The position numbers and the translations under genes are program-made. Source: Podarcis pityusensis (Eukaryota). Taken from it: 64,000 nucleotides of DNA. Below, piece after piece: positions 24,748 through 42,729 of this stretch. Below the pieces are notes generated by a model, which saw only the letters and a program-made list of their open reading frames with translations, was not told where the DNA came from and searched no databases. Location: the NCBI GenBank assembly GCA_964106645.2, contig OZ067041.1; one strand, given 5' to 3'. Positions within the stretch are counted from its first letter, which is position 1. Every line of letters starts with the position of its first letter.

Positions 24748-25559
24748 TACCCATTAAAAATCTCCACTCCTGCAAATGGTGGTCTAAGAACAAGGCACCC
24801 CCCCACACAACACACGGGTAAGCATGGAAGGGGAGACCATGCCTCAAAGTATGGCCCCTGCACTTACTCTAACTCCCCCAAGGAAAGAAAGACGTGGAAA
24901 GCAGTCAAGGCCACAGAGTATCTCCCACCAGAATAGGGACAAAATGTGGATTGGCTTAACATCACTACCTTATCTGCGAGGCCGCAGGAGGATTCCTTGT
25001 ACAAGGGGATATAGGGTAAATCTGTACTGTGCAAAAACAGAGGCCCTGGTGGCCGCTATAACCCCACTGCAAACAAACTTCCGCTACATCCCAGGGAAAG
25101 CAAGGAGGAGCACAATAGCAGACTCGTCTTTGGGTATTGCCACTGCTGGCCAAACAGTAACGACTCTCATGCATGCAGGATATGAAAAAGGGCATATGGA
25201 ACAGAACTGAAACTACAGAGCAACTCCCTACTGTAGAAAAGATGAGTAACGTTGCAAATGGCTATCTTGTGTTCTACAACTGGTGCAGCTAGAATGGAGA
25301 CCCTGAGAGCTTTTCATTGGGAGAGGAAGGACAAAGATGAGATATGCAGAATGTAAGAATCCCTAGGTGATATGACACTCTTCCTCATATTCACTCACGT
25401 AACAGCGCCACCTGCCCGCAATGAGCATCTAGTCATCACTGTTCTCGGATTTCTCTTGTCGCTCCACAAGCATCCAGGCAGCTGTTCTCTACCTTTTTCC
25501 CTGCCAAGGACTCAAGGCAGCTTACAGATAAAAATGGTGGCCCTGCAAAAACAAATTAG

Positions 25560-26015
25560 ACATGAGCTTGCAATATCTCCAAATCTGGGAGAGTTGTGTA
25601 CTGCTATTAACCAAATGAAAAACAAAAAAGTCAGCGGACCTGATGGGATACCTGCCAAAGTCTTCAAAGTGGGCAGAACTGAACTTACTACACACAAGCT
25701 CATCGGAAAAATCTGGGAGAAGAGATCCCAGCAGACTTTAGGGATGCCAAAATTATCATATATTTTTTTTAAAAAGGTGATAGAATGCATTGCGGAAATA
25801 TTGAGGCATCTCTTTATTAGCTGCAGCCAGCAAAATTATTGAAGGATCTTATCAAACCTTCTCCTAACTATATATCCTGAATCCTGGTTTTCGACCTTCT
25901 AGGGGGGACAGTGGGTATGATTTTCACTGCTCGACAGCGTCAATAAAAATGCAGAGAGCAAACCCAACTCCTGTATATGGTGTTTATTGACCTAAGGCCT
26001 TCGACACTGTAAATC
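25560..26015 (+). mobile_element. Decayed RTE/BovB-clade LINE reverse-transcriptase fragment
   Basis: Frameshifted motifs SGPDGIPA, KIWE, FKKGD, GISLL, GFRPSRGTV.MIFTAR, LYMVFIDL.AFDTVN. Confidence 0.85.
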
Positions 26016-26269
26016 ATAACGAAATGTCCTCTCCTTGAAAATGTCCTCAAGGAATGTCCTCTTCTTGAAAAAACACACAAGACTGCAGAGGGGTGGTGGA
26101 ACCAAAAGGGCCCTCCCTTGCCACCCAAGAGGATCTGTAGAGCTGGAAGCATCTTTCAGATATTTGGGGCCTATGTTGTTTAGGGTTTATAATAAAATTA
26201 CATGTTAAAGTTGTATGCCTTGGCAGACTTGCCAAAACAAAAGCGTCTGTTGCAGGTGCTGAAAACAAC

Positions 26270-26650
26270 ATGGTGATGGCACTTCCCTAATATTAATTGG
26301 CAGGGCGTTTCAGAGTGTAGGTGCAGAATGGTCATTATGTGGCACTTGTAGAAGTGCCAGCTGCACAGATCGAAGCCGTCAAATGGGCGTAGATGGGGTA
26401 AGGCGATCCTTCAAGCAAACTGGTCCCAAGCTGTTGAAGGCTTTATATACTAATAATAACACCTTGAATTTGACCTAGTAACAAACCAGCAGCCAGTACA
26501 GATCTCTGAGCAGAGGTGCAATATGCTGACAGGGTCTCACTCCAGTTACCAGTCGTGCAGCATTCTGCACTAACTGCAGTTTCCAGACCAAGTGCAAGGG
26601 AAGCCTTACGTAGAGTTCGTTGACGAAACCCAATCTTTAATGGTGCCTGG
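26270..26650 (-). mobile_element. L2 LINE 3' ORF fragment
   Basis: Minus strand gives LQLVQNAARLVTG...YWL...FKVL...YKA-type L2 C-terminal motifs. Confidence 0.65.
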
Positions 26651-28249
26651 ACTACTACTGTGGTCAAGTCCAGGAATGGCTGTAACTGTTGTACCAGCCA
26701 AACTGACAAAAGACGTTTCTAGTTCTTACATTCAGACATTACTGAAATATTTATTGTCACTGCAGATTTGCTTCAAGTACCGTATCTGTCATATCATGAG
26801 AAACCATCAACCTGCCTGTATAAGGCCCGCTGTTAGTATCATGTCCATAATTTGAGGTTGCATCACTTTTTCCAAAGCCTTTGGTTAATGGATTAGTTAC
26901 CTTTTTACCCATGCCCTTAGAATAATTGGTTTTCCTGGCAGTTGGTATTTTTATTCTTTTCTCCCTTCAGTCCCACAGCTCCAATGCATACACCAATGTG
27001 GCTGAATCTGTAGCTGCAGGGTGATGGACTCTGTGCAAGCTCTCTATGTGGTATTATTGTCAGGTGTGCCTCCAGTGACAAAAGCTGGTTCCCCAAGCGT
27101 CTGCAGACTGTATGCTTGCTCCTTCAAGGGGAGTGCAACCGTCTCCAGGGCAGGCAACTGGGTAATTTCTCAGACACAGGTGTTACATATGTAAAAGACA
27201 ATCAGGAACTGGAGGTGTGGAGTGGCTGTGTACACACTCTCATTTACTCTGCATCCCATGTGCTCCTGTTGCTGGTTTGGGAAGTGGTATACACACACAC
27301 CAGCTTCAATCCAAATAAAGAAACAGGACAACATAGTTGCATTTTAAGCCAATAACGTGCCTTGCATCCAAACAAAGCATTGAATTGGATATTAGTTTAG
27401 ATGCTGCTTTTAAAAGGGCAACAATATCTGAAATGGTTCATATAGTTTCCACTGGATCTAAAAAAGAATTCAGTACATATCAGAAGTCTGTTACCTGCCA
27501 ATACAATTCATCCAATAAAAAGGTATTATTAGAATGAAGCACAAAGACTCCTTTGTAAATGAATGGCAGTTTTATTATTCACACAGCTAAAAACAAAAGT
27601 AGAGAGGTCCCCTCACACTTTTAAAACTTTTTGGTTTACTGTTCATCACCCTCTGTACAAAGAGTAGATTGGGATAAGAACTTGTGTTATTTGGCTGTTA
27701 TTATGTATGTACTGCATTGCCCAAACACCAGCTTCTGGGCTAGGGTGGGATATTTCATTATTTATCTGCAAACTGTTGTTGTATGCAGAAATAATTTAAT
27801 AACAATAAAGAACACTATGAAAAGGTATTATTTGAAGCATTTTGGATATTGCCTGTCCTAGGGATCAACAGACGGTATTTCTCCAAAATTGGAAACTAAC
27901 AAGGGATGTTGTAGACCTTGGGTCTGAGTTGAAAGGTGTCAGCAGAGCAGCTTCTTACTTTAAAAATGGGGTTCTTTACCTATGTTTCAGGGGATCTGTA
28001 CTCAAAAAATACTTTTTTCTCCCAATGCTGTAAATAAAATTTGTATGCATATTTTGTGTTTAGTGTTTGTGTATATATGTGTTTGTGTATATTTTTTCTG
28101 GGGAGGGGGGTCCATAGCTCTCATCAAGTTCTCAGAAGAGCCCATGACCCAAACATGGTTAAGAGCCACTGGTTTAAAAGAAACATGACAGCATACCTAA
28201 TCTCAGCAAGCAATGATATTTTAGTTTGCCTGAATGAAAGCCTCCCAGT

Positions 28250-29500
28250 TCTCTAATGGCCTAACCCCGACTCGTTTTTCAGGATGGCTCCGATTGCCTT
28301 CCAACAGCCTCCTGCCAAGCAGGAAATCAGAAAAAATGAGCAGCTTTTCTCGCCCATTGTATCTGCGCTGCCAGCTTCACCTGCCGAACTGCTGCTTGTC
28401 GTGACGCAGCTTTTAAATGCCAACACAGCCCCGGCGGGCGGGGAGGGGAGCGAGAGAGAAAAAAAAGCCCTGACAAGAGCACAAGCTCCATTGCCGCTGA
28501 AAGGAAGGCGGCGCGCGTTACATAACCTGGTGTGGCCGCGCAAAGGGAGCAGCAGTGCAGCTGGAATCAAGCAGGCGTTTTATCCTCTGCAGGGACAGCG
28601 CAGATTCGAAAGGGAGGGCGACAAATTTCAGGGGCAATCTTACTAAGACAACTTGCTGCGGAAGGAGCCCAGTGGATTTTTGTTTTTTAAGACAGTTTTC
28701 AAGTCCATTACAAAACAGCAGGAACCGCCTATGAATAATAACATACCAGAAAGTGGGGTGGGGGCATTAAGTCCCATTTAACTTATTGCGATTTTCTTCG
28801 GGGTAAATATACACGGGGGATGTTTCGCCGGCAGCCCGCGATTTCCAGGGCACCGGCAGCAGCAGCGGCTCTCCAACGCCTTTCCCACGAACTCTCGTCA
28901 TGGGGGACGGAAAGGAGAAGCGGGAGCGGCGGCCGCTTCGCTGCCATTTTGCGCATCCTTGCGATTTTTTACGGCAGGGGAGACGGAGAAGCCGCGTCCT
29001 GCATTGAACCGAACGGGGAAGCTCGGAGCGCGTCACGTGCCCCCTTTTCCGCGGAGTTCAAGTACCCGGATGCCGGAACTACATTACCCGTCAGGCCCCT
29101 GACGCCTCTACGCCTGCCGCTCGCCGCCCAGGCCGGAAGGACTTGGTGGCGCCGTGACCTCCGGAGCTTCCTTCTTTCCGAGCCAAGCCCCGGCTGAGGT
29201 AAGACACGAAACAGGCCTCGCGAGTGTATCCGTGTCCATCGGGGCCGCGGCGGCACCCCGCTGGCCATCTATGGCCGGCATCGGCCTCCGCTTCCCCTGG
29301 CCGGTTTCGCGGGCGGGGAACATTTCGCGCTTCTTTTCGTGCGGCTCCCATGAACGATTCGCTTCCCGCTGCCGGGCGAGCCTGGATTTTCCTTTGGCCG
29401 CCGAGGCCACGAGCAGCGGAGGATGGGCTCCGACGGGGGACCGAGCTCGAGGGGAACAGGCGGAGGGGATATTTTGTGCTCGTGATTTTGTGTTTTAAAA
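28250..29500. promoter_or_regulatory. CpG island / promoter of RPL8 with ETS-GABP-like CCGGAA cores (~29073, ~29133) and a YY1-like GCCATTTT (~28943)
   Basis: GC/CpG-rich block with motifs typical of ribosomal-protein promoters; boundaries approximate. Confidence 0.85.
29167..29198 (+). promoter_or_regulatory. RPL8: RPL8 non-coding exon 1 with polypyrimidine initiator / 5'TOP tract (CTTCCTTCTTTCC)
   Basis: 13-nt pyrimidine run followed by a short exon ending GAG|GTAAGA. Exact TSS within the run is uncertain. Confidence 0.85.
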
Positions 29501-30004
29501 AAGGTCTGTAACGGCAGCCATTCTCCAGGGCGATCCCTCAGAACAGAATAACGCTGTGAAAGGATTCGTAAGATATATGAAACTCCTGCTGTCACAGATA
29601 TTTTTCTTCTACGTACTCCGTTTTAGTCAAAGGCCCTGTTGCATTTTTAAAATAAGCTAACTTTCAGATTGCAAGTCTTTAAGCTTTAGGTCCATATACC
29701 AAGAATAACTTGTTGGTGCAGAAAGCAGTATGAGTTGCAAACATTTTCACTGAAAAACTTTCAAAATAATATAAAAACATTGGGGTATGTGTTTGTGTGT
29801 GTTTAACCTATACTGTGCTGTGTGAGACCATGACTATAGAGGAGAAAGTAAGTTTGCATCAGATTGATAGGAACACTGTGTGTGAGATCCAGAAGTACAG
29901 TTAAAATACTTGATATAGAAAACAAGCACACTAGATACTGAAAGTGTTTTAAACTGAAAGATGGGTGGGATAGAGACCCATACTAAATAATCTTTCTACA
30001 CTAG

Positions 30005-34756
<4,752 letters not shown>

Positions 34757-34783
34757 ATATTCAGTTCAATATATTCATAAAGA

Positions 34784-34789
34784 AATAAA
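34784..34789 (+). terminator. RPL8: RPL8 polyadenylation signal AATAAA
   Basis: 27 nt after the stop, followed by U/GU-rich sequence. Confidence 0.85.
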
Positions 34790-36959
34790 TGCCACCTTTT
34801 GTTCAAAACTGGTACATGTGTGAGAGGCATTTTCTTTTTAGTTTTAACAGTTTGTCTAAACATTTTATACATGTGTAAATGGTCCTGAAATTTTCATCAC
34901 CTTATAAAGGAACTGTTTTAGATTGTGTATGAAGTTGTCTAGATAGATCAAGTATCTGGTAGACCAGTTTGAGAACAGGAAAGCGGGACTTTGGGCCTTT
35001 TGTCTGATCCAGCAGGTCTCTTGTGCTCTTTCATCAAGCTTCAGGAAGGCAAGATCTCAAACTTGGTTCTTAGTACATAATGCAACATTCTTACACTTTG
35101 CTGTATAGCAAAGACATGTCAAATGGGAGTAGAAAGAGTGATATGCTTAGATTAATGGCAAAATAGAATCCTTTAAACAGTTCCATAATGCTGAACAAAA
35201 TGTTAGGTATGTTTAAGGCACTTATAATGTTCTGCTTGTGTAATAGGACCTTCCTCTCCCCTTTGCTCCCTGGCACACTATAAATTTCTCCATAGGGTTG
35301 GGGGTACACACAAGTGGAAGAAGTCCTGTTGCATGAGCAGAACGGTTTGCAGTGTTGGATACAAAAGCCCAATTTTGTCTTAAAGAAGCCTGTTTAATAA
35401 GGACCAAACTATGCAGCTGCACCCAAGGGTCTTTTGGCAAACTTGGGAGGAGGGTACATCTCCCTCCAAAAGCCGTTTGACATGGTCAGCTGTTCAAGGA
35501 AAGAGGGATAGTCCAAGCAGCCCATATCCAAATAGTGGAGAGATGTTTTGATGGTACATCAGTTTCCCTAGAATGTCATTTTGGGCTGCTTGGAACATGG
35601 CTCAAATAAATGACTGCATCCAGAGTTAAGGATACTACTTATACAATATATTTTCCAGCTTCCCCTCCTTTTTTCTTGTGACGGCTCTCACAGCAGCAGC
35701 ACAACATGAGAAAGATTGCTACAGCAGGTGGAAGTAGAAGTTCCTGCTTTCCATTTAATGAAAAGACTGAAGTGAACTCCTGTTCTGTAGTCTGCTTTGC
35801 CCCATACCATGTAAATAGCATAAGGATTTATCAGTGCCCTAAGTACATTGTGCAAATGGAGAAAACAAGTTTCAATGTTTAGTAGATGGAATAGTTTTCA
35901 GAGGACCACGGATAGTAAAAGCAACGCTGTGGGAGCATACATTTTCTAGACACTTAACGGACTTCTTGCTTTGCATGATATCATGAGCATGCTGTATTTT
36001 GCTGATAAACGAGGTGGAGGGAAGGCGGCTTTCACAAAAGGGAGTTGAAGCATGTAAGAAATATACACAAGTGCTGCTAACTGGAAAACGAAAATTGGAA
36101 TATTTTTGAAGCTGGGCTAATGACATGTACTCTTAATGATGTCACAGGCAACAGGGTTTTCTCATTTCCTTTCAAGAACTATATAGCTTAACAAACCTTT
36201 AGAATACACATGGTAGAGAGCACACTATCTGAAAATAACAGGCAACTGCCTTACGTATGTATGGAGCAAAGCTGTGTGAGCACAAATTGTTTTAATGAGC
36301 AACCCAGTAAGTCTCAGAAGCAGGTGTGGCTTTTCCTAGATGTACAGCAATTGGAAAACTACTGCTTGCATTTGTAAGTGCACAGCTACTCAAGAGCAAG
36401 GTGCGGGGAAGCTATGGTCTGCTGGCCTATAATTTACACATCCTTTACCACTGGATATGTTGGTTGGGGTTGAATAAAGCTGGAAGTCCACAGCAACCCT
36501 CTAGAAAAACAGTGATGTAACTGTTAGTGAAGAACAATCTCTTGAAAGGAATCATTGAGCTAAGAATGAGGATTGCTTAATTAGAAGTAAACTAGCAGTG
36601 CAGGAAAAGTCAACACGTTAACTATATAGTTTAAAAACTGCTACTAGGTGCAGCTAGAGACTAATCCTATCAATTACTTGTGATTTTAGTATTGTCCAAT
36701 ATTCAATATACACATAATACATGTATTTAAAGAAAAATGAATTAAAATATTTTGGGGGATGTCTTGCTGACAGCCTGAAAGCTGTAGAGCTCTCAAAAAC
36801 GTTAGTCTTGGCCAGACTTATAACCCATGAAACAATTATAAACTCTATGAAAAGGTAGGTAGCATGCAGCAATAGATTAGATTAACAATACCGGTACAAC
36901 CTAGAAGAATATAATGATTTTCACCATATGTAGGACACTTGAGACAGCCTACAGGTGTA

Positions 36960-37180
36960 CAGTGGTACCTCGGGTTAAGAACTTAATTCGTTCTGGAGGT
37001 CCGTTCTTAACCTGAAACTGTCCTTAACCCGAGGTACCACTTAAGCTAACGGGGCCTCCCGCTGCTGCCGCCACCGCACGATTTCTGTTCTCATCCTGAA
37101 GCAAAGTTCTTAACCCGAGGTGCTATTTCTGGGTTAGCGGAGTCTGTAACCTGAAGCGTCTGTAACCCGAGGTACCACTG
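36960..37180. mobile_element. Tc1/mariner MITE (CAGTGGTACCTC family)
   Basis: TIR CAGTGGTACCTCGGGTTA, TA TSD. Confidence 0.92.
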
Positions 37181-37584
37181 TATGATTGTTCGCTGCAACA
37201 AGTAGGCTATAGTCAAACTGCTCTTGTGTTAGAATAGCAGCCCAGAGTGGTATACCGGTCATGAGTTTTGCTACAAGGGTCCAGTGACGTGTTGCTCTGT
37301 CCAGCATATGAACATTGGAGAGAAAACTAAAATTACAGGGACCAAAATTATTTCACAGAATTAACCAACCAGGGAAAATCCTGAAAAGATAGTAACAAAG
37401 CAACTTATTCCTAAAACATTGCTTTCCAATAAAAAGGGCTACTTTCAATCATGAGGCACAAAGCATTCTAGAGCAGAAAGTTAAGAAACTGCAAATAGTT
37501 TCTACAGCAAGTAGTAGTTTCTACTACTCTCCTTAGTGTGATAGTACACGCAATCCTGAATTTATATTGAAGTATAGAGTTGAA

Positions 37585-37933
37585 GGGACGCGGGTGGCAC
37601 TGTGGTCTAAACCATAGAGCCTAGGGCTTGCCGATCAGAAGGTCGGCAGTTTGAATCCCTGCGACGGGGTGAGCTCCCGTTGTTCGGTCCCAGCTCCTGC
37701 ACATCTAGCAGTTCAAAAGCACATTGAAGTGCAAGTAGATGCACTTTTCCAGCGGGAAAGCAAACACCGTTTCTGTGAGCTGCTCTGGTTTGCCAGAAGC
37801 GGTTTAGTCGTGCTGGTCACATGACCCAGAAGCTGTCTGCAGACAAATGCTGGCTCCCTCGGCCTATAGAGTGAGATGAGTGTGTAACCCCAGAGTTGTC
37901 TGCGACTGGACCTAATGGTCAGGGGTACCTGTA
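37585..37933 (+). mobile_element. Sauria SINE (lacertid-type), near full length
   Basis: Head GGGACGCGGGTGGC.CTGTGGTCTAAACC, B-box-like GTTTGAATCC, tail GGACCTAATGGTCAGGGGTACCT, TSD AGTTGAA. Confidence 0.9.
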
Positions 37934-40900
37934 CAGTTGAAAATACACTTCGAAGTAAACCACAATAAACTGAAACCAAATTTCCAGCATTCCTGTAGAT
38001 CCGCATAAAGCTCAACTGCATTAAAGTAGCTAGACATCAATGTACATAATAAATGAACTTTCCCCTTAAACATAAGACTCATCTTGCAAGTTAGTAGTGG
38101 ACTACAGTTTCAGAAAGTGCTGAACTAGAAACCATCTACAGTATGTCTTGCAAACCAATACTTCTGCATAAAAATGGCAGATACAGAGAGTTTCTAAGAT
38201 TTCATATTCCCCATAGATCTATGTTGAATTTAAAATTATGAATTTCTGAAAACTTTAAATTTAGTTCAAATGCAAAATAGTAGTTGACGCTCGTGGTGAC
38301 ATAAAGTGTAATTTGAATATACTTGCAGGGGGCTGGTGATGGTGAAGCAGAGATATACTAAAAGCTATTAAGTATTTCAGAATAGGCTTACACATTGAAA
38401 TAGCTGCTCCACAATCTACAGTTTTTGTAAGTTTGTAACATGCAAGAAAGTCAGTATTAGTCTAGTAAAAGGCCTGTCACACTTAACTAAATTTCCCCTC
38501 TATTGTCTTTCCCCCTAATGCTTGCTTGTGGTAATGGCGACTCTCAATTGTAATTAATGCTTAGAAATACTCAAAATACAATTGAAAGTGGGCTGCAGCG
38601 GAATCAAAGTAACATGGCCAAAACAAATGCAATATTAGAAATGAAAAATGTGTCAGTAGCATTTACAATAATATATCCAAAAATAGAATTCCTGTAGAGG
38701 TGGCTACAGAATTGTGGGTTAAGCTTAGCTCATTTATCTCTAGACAGAAAGAAGAATACTTTCCACAGCTGGAACAAATTTCTCAGTCCTAATAGGATTA
38801 ACAGGAAACTCATGGTGAATTGGCCATCTAAGTTTTGACACTAGTCACACTCAGAATAAGACTCATGGAAATCAATGGACTTAACAAAGTGCACTGATTT
38901 CAACAGATCTACCCCAAGCATGATATACAGAGAAATCCAAGCCCCTGATCTGCTATAGTGGAAGGAGTTTGGGTGGTGCAAAGGTATCCCTCTGCCCAGC
39001 CCCACAGGCAAGGACCCCCATGCAGCAGCCTCTCCCGTTGGTAGTCAGCAGGAAGCCCTGAAATGGGGTGTTGTGGGGGAAAGCCAGCACTGGATCTACT
39101 GGATGGCATTGACTCATTTTTGGCCTTTGTTGCACTGGGAGCATTTCCCCTCCACTCTGGCTGGCGCAAGTTCTGGGGCTGTGCTGTTCCATCAAGCCCT
39201 GCCATTGCTGGCCAGAGCATATGGTTGCGCACTAAGCTGGATATTAGCCTATGAAGGGCCAGTATATTAAGCGACAGCAGTCTTAACAGATGAAACAAGG
39301 ATTACCAAAATCGTTAAATTGGGGGAAGTATATGCTAACTTTTCCTCTTTCCAACTAGACTCTTTCTGCCTTGATCACTAAGGTCAACATAATACAGGAA
39401 TCAGCATTTGGTTCTGAAAGGTGCTGCCAGCCTAGTGTTACCACCCTAAGAGGTAAAGTATCTCTGGAAGAAATGCCATTTGTGGCAACAGAACTGGCTA
39501 GCAGCCACTTAATGGGGATTGAAACTTAACCCGCTTACTCCTGTGTGAAACTGATCTCACAGGGGAATTAATTGCTGAGCAAGGACCTAAAATGTAAGAT
39601 AGCAAGAGCCCTGCTGCATGAGACCAAAGGCCTATCTAGTCCAGGTTCCCATTTCTCTGTGGTCAACCAGATGCCTTTGGGATGCCGACAATTAGGTCAT
39701 GAATGCAACAGCACTCTCCTGCTCTTACCAGCATCCAACATTCAGATGAATACCAGCTCTGTGTGCTCACACCACCATTAAAGCACATTCTAAGCACATG
39801 GTTTCTCAGAGGGTTTGGAGCACTGTAGTTTACCCCCCCCCCCCCATTACAATTTCCAGCAACCCTTAACAAACTACAGTGCCCAGAATTCTTTAAGAGG
39901 GGAAAGGTACTTTAAAAATATAGTGCAGACAGAACCCCAGGTATTAGTCATTATTAGGAGATACGGGTGGACATTACCCATCTTGAATCAGGTTCCAAAA
40001 TTATGAGGGGGGAAACTTTGCTATGTACTTCCTTCACACTAAGCATAAATTTATATAACTCTTATCATCCCTGCTTATGTGCCTTTCTTTGAAAATGTTT
40101 AGTTCAAAACATTCTTAGTTTTTAAGTCACCTAAACAATCTTCTATGCTGAAAACTAGAAGTTAATTTGTGAGATTCATACATTGAAGAAAGAAAAAATT
40201 AATAATTATGTACCGAGCAAGAAAGCATGTCCAAGAACAAAATAAAAGTACATAATGAGGTGGCAAGTATAGGCAGAGGAATCAAATGTGGAGTAACACA
40301 CACAGAACCTTTAGCACTGAAGGGAACTTGTTTTGAGGAATTGAGGTGCAGCAGGAATTAAGCTGATAAACTAGGAAGCTTACCCCAAGGAACAACCAAT
40401 GCAACAGAAAAACAGAATTTTTAAACATCTGTTCAAAGTAGTAAGTAGCAAAATATAGGTATGCCAACCCATTTGATCCAATAATTAGCACAATACAATT
40501 CTGCAAATATATCAATTTCTTAGAGGTGGTTTGAAAATTAGGCAGTACCAGTTAGATATGAGAAAGTTTCCAATATGATCATGGTAGATAAGAGAAGATA
40601 AACCTTTGGCTGGCTTATCACATATGCTGCTTAATAAACTCCATAATCACTTCCAAGAAAATGCTTGATACAACTAACAAACAATAGAAATCCCACACAT
40701 TAAAACATTATGCTCTACGTGTGAACAAGTCAGTTCTTGTGCTTGAGCAAATATACTTGTTTCAGTCATGGGGATCACTGTTGGCTGTATAGCTGCTTGC
40801 CCATTGCCCAGACAGGAGTAACCCCAGGCATTTCTGCTACCTATCTGTAACTGATTGATGTGCCAATAATTTTGTTCACGCCAATGTATTTGCAAGGCAG

Positions 40901-42729
40901 GGAATGTGTGGAGCAAACGTGTGAAGTTGATAGAAAAACTGCTAATTGGAAGGTTAACACTTTGAATTAAGACAGAATAGTGCATTGCTGATGGTCAGTA
41001 TCATATATTGACAAGACGCATAGGAACACCACATTCCAAAAAGAATTATTTCTCTGAAGGATAACAGCTAACTTTTGTATATAACTTTCAAGCATTCAAA
41101 GTGCTTCAAACATAATCTAGCTGTAATCCTTACAACACTAAGCCAAATCAGTTTTATTATCCAACCCATTACAAAATTATGGGGACCTGAGGTTGAGAGT
41201 AGTTTGCCTAGGGCAAAGGCAGATTTAGGGAAGCACAACTGGTTTGGCTTCACTGGGTGTGGCGCTTTAGGGGCACCACAGGGGACTCCACAACTATGGT
41301 TTAGAACGGAGTGCAAGAGGCAGTTGCGTGCGCTGAATTTTGGCATCACACATGGAGCTGATGAAATTCTGAGACCCAAAAGTCTGCCTAGTGAGTATAC
41401 GGCAGAGGTGAATTTGCAACTAGGAACGTCCTGATTTGTAGTTGAAATCTCTTAAGCCACTGCAGTATTCTAGCACTATTTAAGCACCATCTTTTTAACT
41501 CGCCCTGTGATTTACCTGAGTGCTCCTGCTTCTGCAGTATTTGCTGTTAAGCATGCAGGAATTCACTATGGTTTAAAGTCACAGCAGTACAGAATTTTTG
41601 CCACAAGTGGATTTTGATAATCTGAGCAAAATCATGCAATTCATTAAGTCAAACAGTCTTCATAGGCCAGCACAGATGATATGCCACAAAAAGCTTCAGG
41701 TAATCTACTACTTCTGCTGTAATGAGGTTCTTTCACAGTTAACACAGATAAAGCCCAGCTGCAGTTCTACAATATAGCAAGTAAATCCTTTGGAATTTAA
41801 TATTTCATTGGACATCTGATAGCAAGCTACTCACAATGAGAAGATAGGAGAGGGAACAATGTTTGCACAAGCATCTAGTCACAAAACATTATTTTCCTTC
41901 CTGCTCATGCTGCATGCAGATCTCAAAATTGAACAGAAAATTCTAGACACTAGTCAAGCTCCTCTTCCATGCTTAGTGTAAAATAAATTAAAGGAGCATG
42001 TGGGCTTCATCCCATTTTAACTATCAATAGTTTAACACAATAAAATGCTTCCCTGTCCATTTAGGGCTTTCAACGAATAAGGACTCAAGCAACAATAGTC
42101 TCCTACTTGCCAGAGGAAAATGGTAGAGACAAAAGATGAGTTCACACATGTTTATAGTGTGTGATTAACACATGGCAGCTTATTTCCACATGTGTGAATG
42201 GGCTTCCCTGAAAAGGACTGGGCTGGATCCTAAGAATTGTTTGTGGGAGGAAAACAACAAAAGGGGATTGTCCTTCTCCCTACACTGTCCAACACCCTTT
42301 TCTGAGGGTTGGGGGGTCCTCCTTGAGTGGGTGGGCTATGGCACAATGGGATGGGGAGATTGTCCCAACTCGGGCAGCAGAACCTCGTGCAAGTGCATCT
42401 TTGCTGAAGAGACTTCAAAATCTTGGCCAATTCTCCCCCTTCCCCTAGCTCCCAAGGTCACAACCCACCCAGGTTTTTCAACCCTCAGGAAAGGTGACTT
42501 GGAGATGTAGGAGGGAGAAGAAGGGAGGTTCTTTTCTGCCCATTTCCTTTAATGAGTGGTTCCTAAGATCTACTAAACCTACTGTAAATGAGGTGATGCA
42601 TCTACAGTCATGATGAGCCGCTACTATGCCAGCCACAATATTCTGTTATCTTCCATAATCTCCATTCAAGAAGAGTGCTTGTCCCCCCCCCCCCACAACT
42701 TTTTTCCTATAACTTTCTCTAGCATCCTA

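Noticed and set aside
28253-29595. Multiple ORFs around the RPL8 promoter, including a minus-strand AAAATGGCAGCG start at 28947
   Set aside because: CpG-island artefacts. The ATG lies within a YY1-like motif and the 55-codon frame has no recognisable homology or donor site.
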